From: Aplysia californica
Taxonomy: Eukaryota
Length of the DNA stretch: 64,000 bases
Assembly: GCF_000002075.1 (NCBI RefSeq)
Contig: NW_004797404.1
Location: 3,356 to 67,355 of the forward strand
Reading direction: 5' to 3'
Below the pieces are notes generated by a model, which was not told where the DNA came from, did not search any database, and was given only the letters and a program-made list of their open reading frames with translations. Below, piece after piece: positions 60,279 to 64,000 of the stretch. Within the stretch, counting starts at the first letter, position 1. Each line of letters begins with the position of its first letter. A program made the position numbers and the translations under genes.

Positions 60279-62199
60279 GGTGGGAGCGGCTTGGAATGAG
60301 GGTGAGAGGGGGGAGGATCTGTTGTTCTCTGTTACAGAACATCTGGACCTCCATAAAATTATCGTCATCGTGTGTAGTAATGTCTGTAGTGAAGTTAAAA
60401 ATTTCACGTGTTTGCCGTTGTCACCAAGATAAGAAGGGGGAAAAAACCTAGTTTCTTGAACGAGGCTTCTCACAGCAGTCATGGGCCTTTTGATATAATA
60501 TGAAGGCCTACATGTGGATCATTAATAATGAGCAAAAACACACTGAGAGTGATTTTAAATCACAGTGGAGGTTGTGTATTAATGTTTCGATTTGTGCTTC
60601 ATTCTGAGTGCCATTGCTATCACTTTCAAGAGCCATTGATAAGTTTGTCACAAGGGAATGGAAGTAGGGAAGGTTGGTGTCATAGCTATCGGCTGTCGAT
60701 TGTGACAGGCCAAAGACTCTTCTCAAACAACACTTTGGAGATGCTTCACAATGGGATGTGTCATGACAGTCTCTAACCTTTTGACTCTAGAAGGGAGTAA
60801 GTGAAGTTGGTATCGATTATTTTTTAAAAAATCATTAATCATCATACCTCTACACAGAAGCTGCTCGCTATTCTAGTGTTAGAAAAGCTATAGTTTGGTA
60901 AACAATAGAGGTAAAATTGCTCGCTACTCCAGTGTCCTCCCACTTTGAGNNNNNNNNNNNNNNNNNNNNNNNNNNNNNNNNNNNNNNNNNNNNNNNNNNN
61001 NNNNNNNNNNNNNNNNNNNNNNNNNNNNNNNNNNNNNNNNNNNNNNNNNNNNNNNNNNNNNNNNNNNNNNNNNNNNNNNNNNNNNNNNNNNNNNNNNNNN
61101 NNNNNNNNNNNNCTTTCTTTCTCCACGCCCCTCCCTCTCTTTCTCTCTCTCCATAAGATTAAATGCACACTTCCACTCTGGCCAGTGTTTATGGCCAATT
61201 AAGGAAAAAAAAACCCAATAGTTTACTCTTCTTTTAATCAGTTCGACACTTCAGTCGAACGGTTTCAAATCAACACAACACGTCTTGTTTTTACTGTTGT
61301 TATTATTACTGATCAGAATCATGAAGAAAGCTAGTATAATGCAATTTGTTATGAAAGTTATGTTTGCAGAAGCCGATATAATTCCAAGTTAAATTTTTTG
61401 ATGGTTTGGATTTGTGACTAAGCACGGCTTACAAGATTTATGTAAGAAATATTTATTCTCTCTTAGTTCACTTAGTCGAAAACTCGAGCGCAACTAACTG
61501 TCAAGTGTTTCCACAACTACCGAACATGAAGTACGGCAGTGCTCATAATATGACCGTATGCAGTTGCGAGCGCCGTAAAACTCTTAGCCTCCTTAACTAA
61601 AACAGAACATATGATAAAGTCTCCAACTTTGCACAATGACTTGTATTAAATGTCTTTTCTAGAAAATGCCTTAATAAATACAAATTAAGATCCCCAAAAG
61701 ATAGTTTCAAGTTTGTTTCAACAGATTTGAAAAGGTTTACAGCTGAGACAATATCGCTTTTAAAAGCAAGTCCATTTTTTTTCTAATCGCGACATTATGC
61801 TTATTGAACGCATGTTTTGAGAACCTTCAGTGCAAAAAAAAAGTGTTCACTACAAAACTAGATTTCTTATAACAAGTTATGCTAATAAAAAGTGTCATCA
61901 GTGAGCTTAGTATGTAAAATGTGTATGGGACTCGGAGAAGCGGGAAATGCTGTATAAAGCCCATCTTCCGCAAGGCGGAGATTTATAATATTTTATGCCA
62001 TCATCACCCCAACCAATTCATGGAAATGGCTTGGTATCGTAATAAGGTGTTTGTGTAATTGCTGCTAATTCAAAGTAGAAACTACATTGGCTCCCGGTGA
62101 AACCACGAATTCAGTACAAAATAATTGTTCTTTGTTTTAAGTGCATCAACAACATTGCACCATCATATCATTGTGACATGGTCATCGAATATATAGCCT

Positions 62200-62392
62200 A
62201 CCATCTCAACCTTTAAGATAGGAGAAGAAAAGACTTTTAAGACCTGTCCAAAGCAAAAGTCAGAGACTCGGAGGGAGAGCTTTTTCACACCACGCCCCCT
62301 CCCTGTGGAACACTTTGCTAGTTCATCTACGGGAGTCTACAACACTTTAACAAAATTAAAATCAGCGCTTAAAACGTATTTGTTTCAGTACA
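62200..62392 (+). mobile_element. L2/CR1-type LINE 3' remnant
   Basis: GGRAFSHHAPSLWNTL..KSALKTYLF motif. Confidence 0.6.
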
Positions 62393-64000
62393 GCCTCAAT
62401 CTGTAATTTCCGATATTCCCAATACAAATATTATTATGTTCTCTCAGTATCTATTAGGTTCTCTCAGTACCGTTTATTCATGCTGTTCTGTTCTGTAAGA
62501 ATTTATGACTGGGTGATGTCATCAATGTGTACGAGGGTGTCTGGGAAAGTTTTGTGGGATTGTCTTTNNNNNNNNNNNNNNNNNNNNNNNNNNNNNNNNN
62601 NNNNNNNNNNNNNNNNNNNNNNNNNNNNNNNNNNNNNNNNNNNNNNNNNNNNNNNNNNNNNNNNNNNNNNNNNNNNNNNNNNNNNNNNNNNNNNNNNNNN
62701 NNNNNNNNNNNNNNNNNNNNNNNNNNNNNNNNNNNNNNNNNNNNNNNNNNNNNNNNNNNNNNNNNNNNNNNNNNNNNCTGCATAATGTGTTCTTTGTATT
62801 ATTGTACAGCGTGTTGGGCGCTTCTTTGTGGAAATGCGCTATNNNNNNNNNNNNNNNNNNNNNNNNNNNNNNNNNNNNNNNNNNNNNNNNNNNNNNNNNN
62901 NNNNNNNNNNNNNNNNNNNNNNNNNNNNNNNNNNNNNNNNNNNNNNNNNNNNNNNNNNNNNNNNNNNNNNNNNNNNNNNNNNNNNNNNNNNNNNNNNNNN
63001 NNNNNNNNNNNNNNNNNNNNNNNNNNNNNNNNNNNNNNNNNNNNNNNNNNNNNNNNNNNNNNNNNNNNNNNNNNNNNNNNNNNNNNNNNNNNNNNNNNNN
63101 NNNNTTCTCTTGGAACTAAGCTTCGGTAATACTCAATATATCAATCTTTTTTCCTTCAATTATATCGATAAAACCAGCCCCTGCGATGTTGCAGCCAAGC
63201 ACTCAACCCGAGCACACGGAGTTTGTCATTAGTAAAGTTCGATTTCCGTATGAAGGAGAATATTTACCGAGTATCTCGATCTTTGTACTAAGAGTAAGAC
63301 ATTGCATCCCTCCCAGCCCCGAGTTGGCCATGGAAATCATGGTCGAAACCCGCTTCCCAAATTATCTTAATTTTGTTGATGGTGACGGCAAACATCTGCA
63401 ATTATAAAACATTGATTACCTCAGTTTTATTAATAAAAGAGAGAGCATCGAGGCAAGTGATTCTGTACATCGGAGCGTCCTCATGGAATATTATATAATA
63501 TACAATCAAAGCACATTATGTACATAGTACATAACATTGTTTTGTTGACAGTCATCTGTTCAAAAACGCAGTCGAATTCATAACATTTCTTTTCCAGTAA
63601 TCTCAGGCTTGGCCTTTTTTTCTTTAAAAAAATTTTTTTTACATTTATTTTTTTTTTTTTAATTTAATTTTTTTTTTTTTGGGCGGGGGAGGGGGGTGAT
63701 TCTCGTTTTTACACTGATATGACTGAACACATCGCAAAGCATTTCTGTGTTGTGGACTTTTTGATTTCCCCATCCCTTTTATCTTCTGTGAACGTGTTAT
63801 GTCACCTGTGTGGTTGATATTAATTATCTCGTCTGATCCTGCTTCCTGGTGAAATGAGGCCATTGTCAAGCTCTCTCGCATTTGTCCACAATTTAGCTCA
63901 GCTCAACATCTGATGGATCGTTGTTCCGTGTTTCGATTTTCAATGAATGTAAATCTTCTGAACTCCTTTTTTTCCAAAGTCTATGAATTGGTGGTTGCGC

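Noticed and set aside
59988-60482. ORFs with VCLS/TDRQ repeats, and ORFs spanning N gaps
   Set aside because: Translations of microsatellites or of Ns.

Overview
Eukaryotic (invertebrate animal, plausibly mollusc; taxon is an inference from repeat content) genomic DNA with several N-gaps. The minus strand carries two multi-exon, head-to-tail paralogues of the PHRF1/SCAF1/SCAF11 family of Pol II CTD-associated SR-related proteins. Gene A (40970-33339, 4 coding exons, ~1597 aa) has no RING/PHD but has YDPxxPT repeats, an RS region and the canonical family C-terminal SRI-like domain. Gene B (26398-5831, 13 coding exons, ~1800 aa) has RING + PHD + the PHRF1 middle motifs, RGG/RS/Pro-rich regions and a strongly diverged SRI-like domain with the same intron positions as gene A. 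The only promoter-like region I can see is at ~50.5-52.4 kb, so the two ORFs may be alternative outputs of one transcription unit. The rest is intron/UTR/intergenic sequence with tRNA-SINEs, a strand-biased ~170-bp retroposon family, pogo/Tc1/hAT/piggyBac-type MITEs, LINE 3' fragments and one full-length, frameshifted RTE LINE with a 9-bp TSD. Family-motif comparisons are from memory, not from a search.
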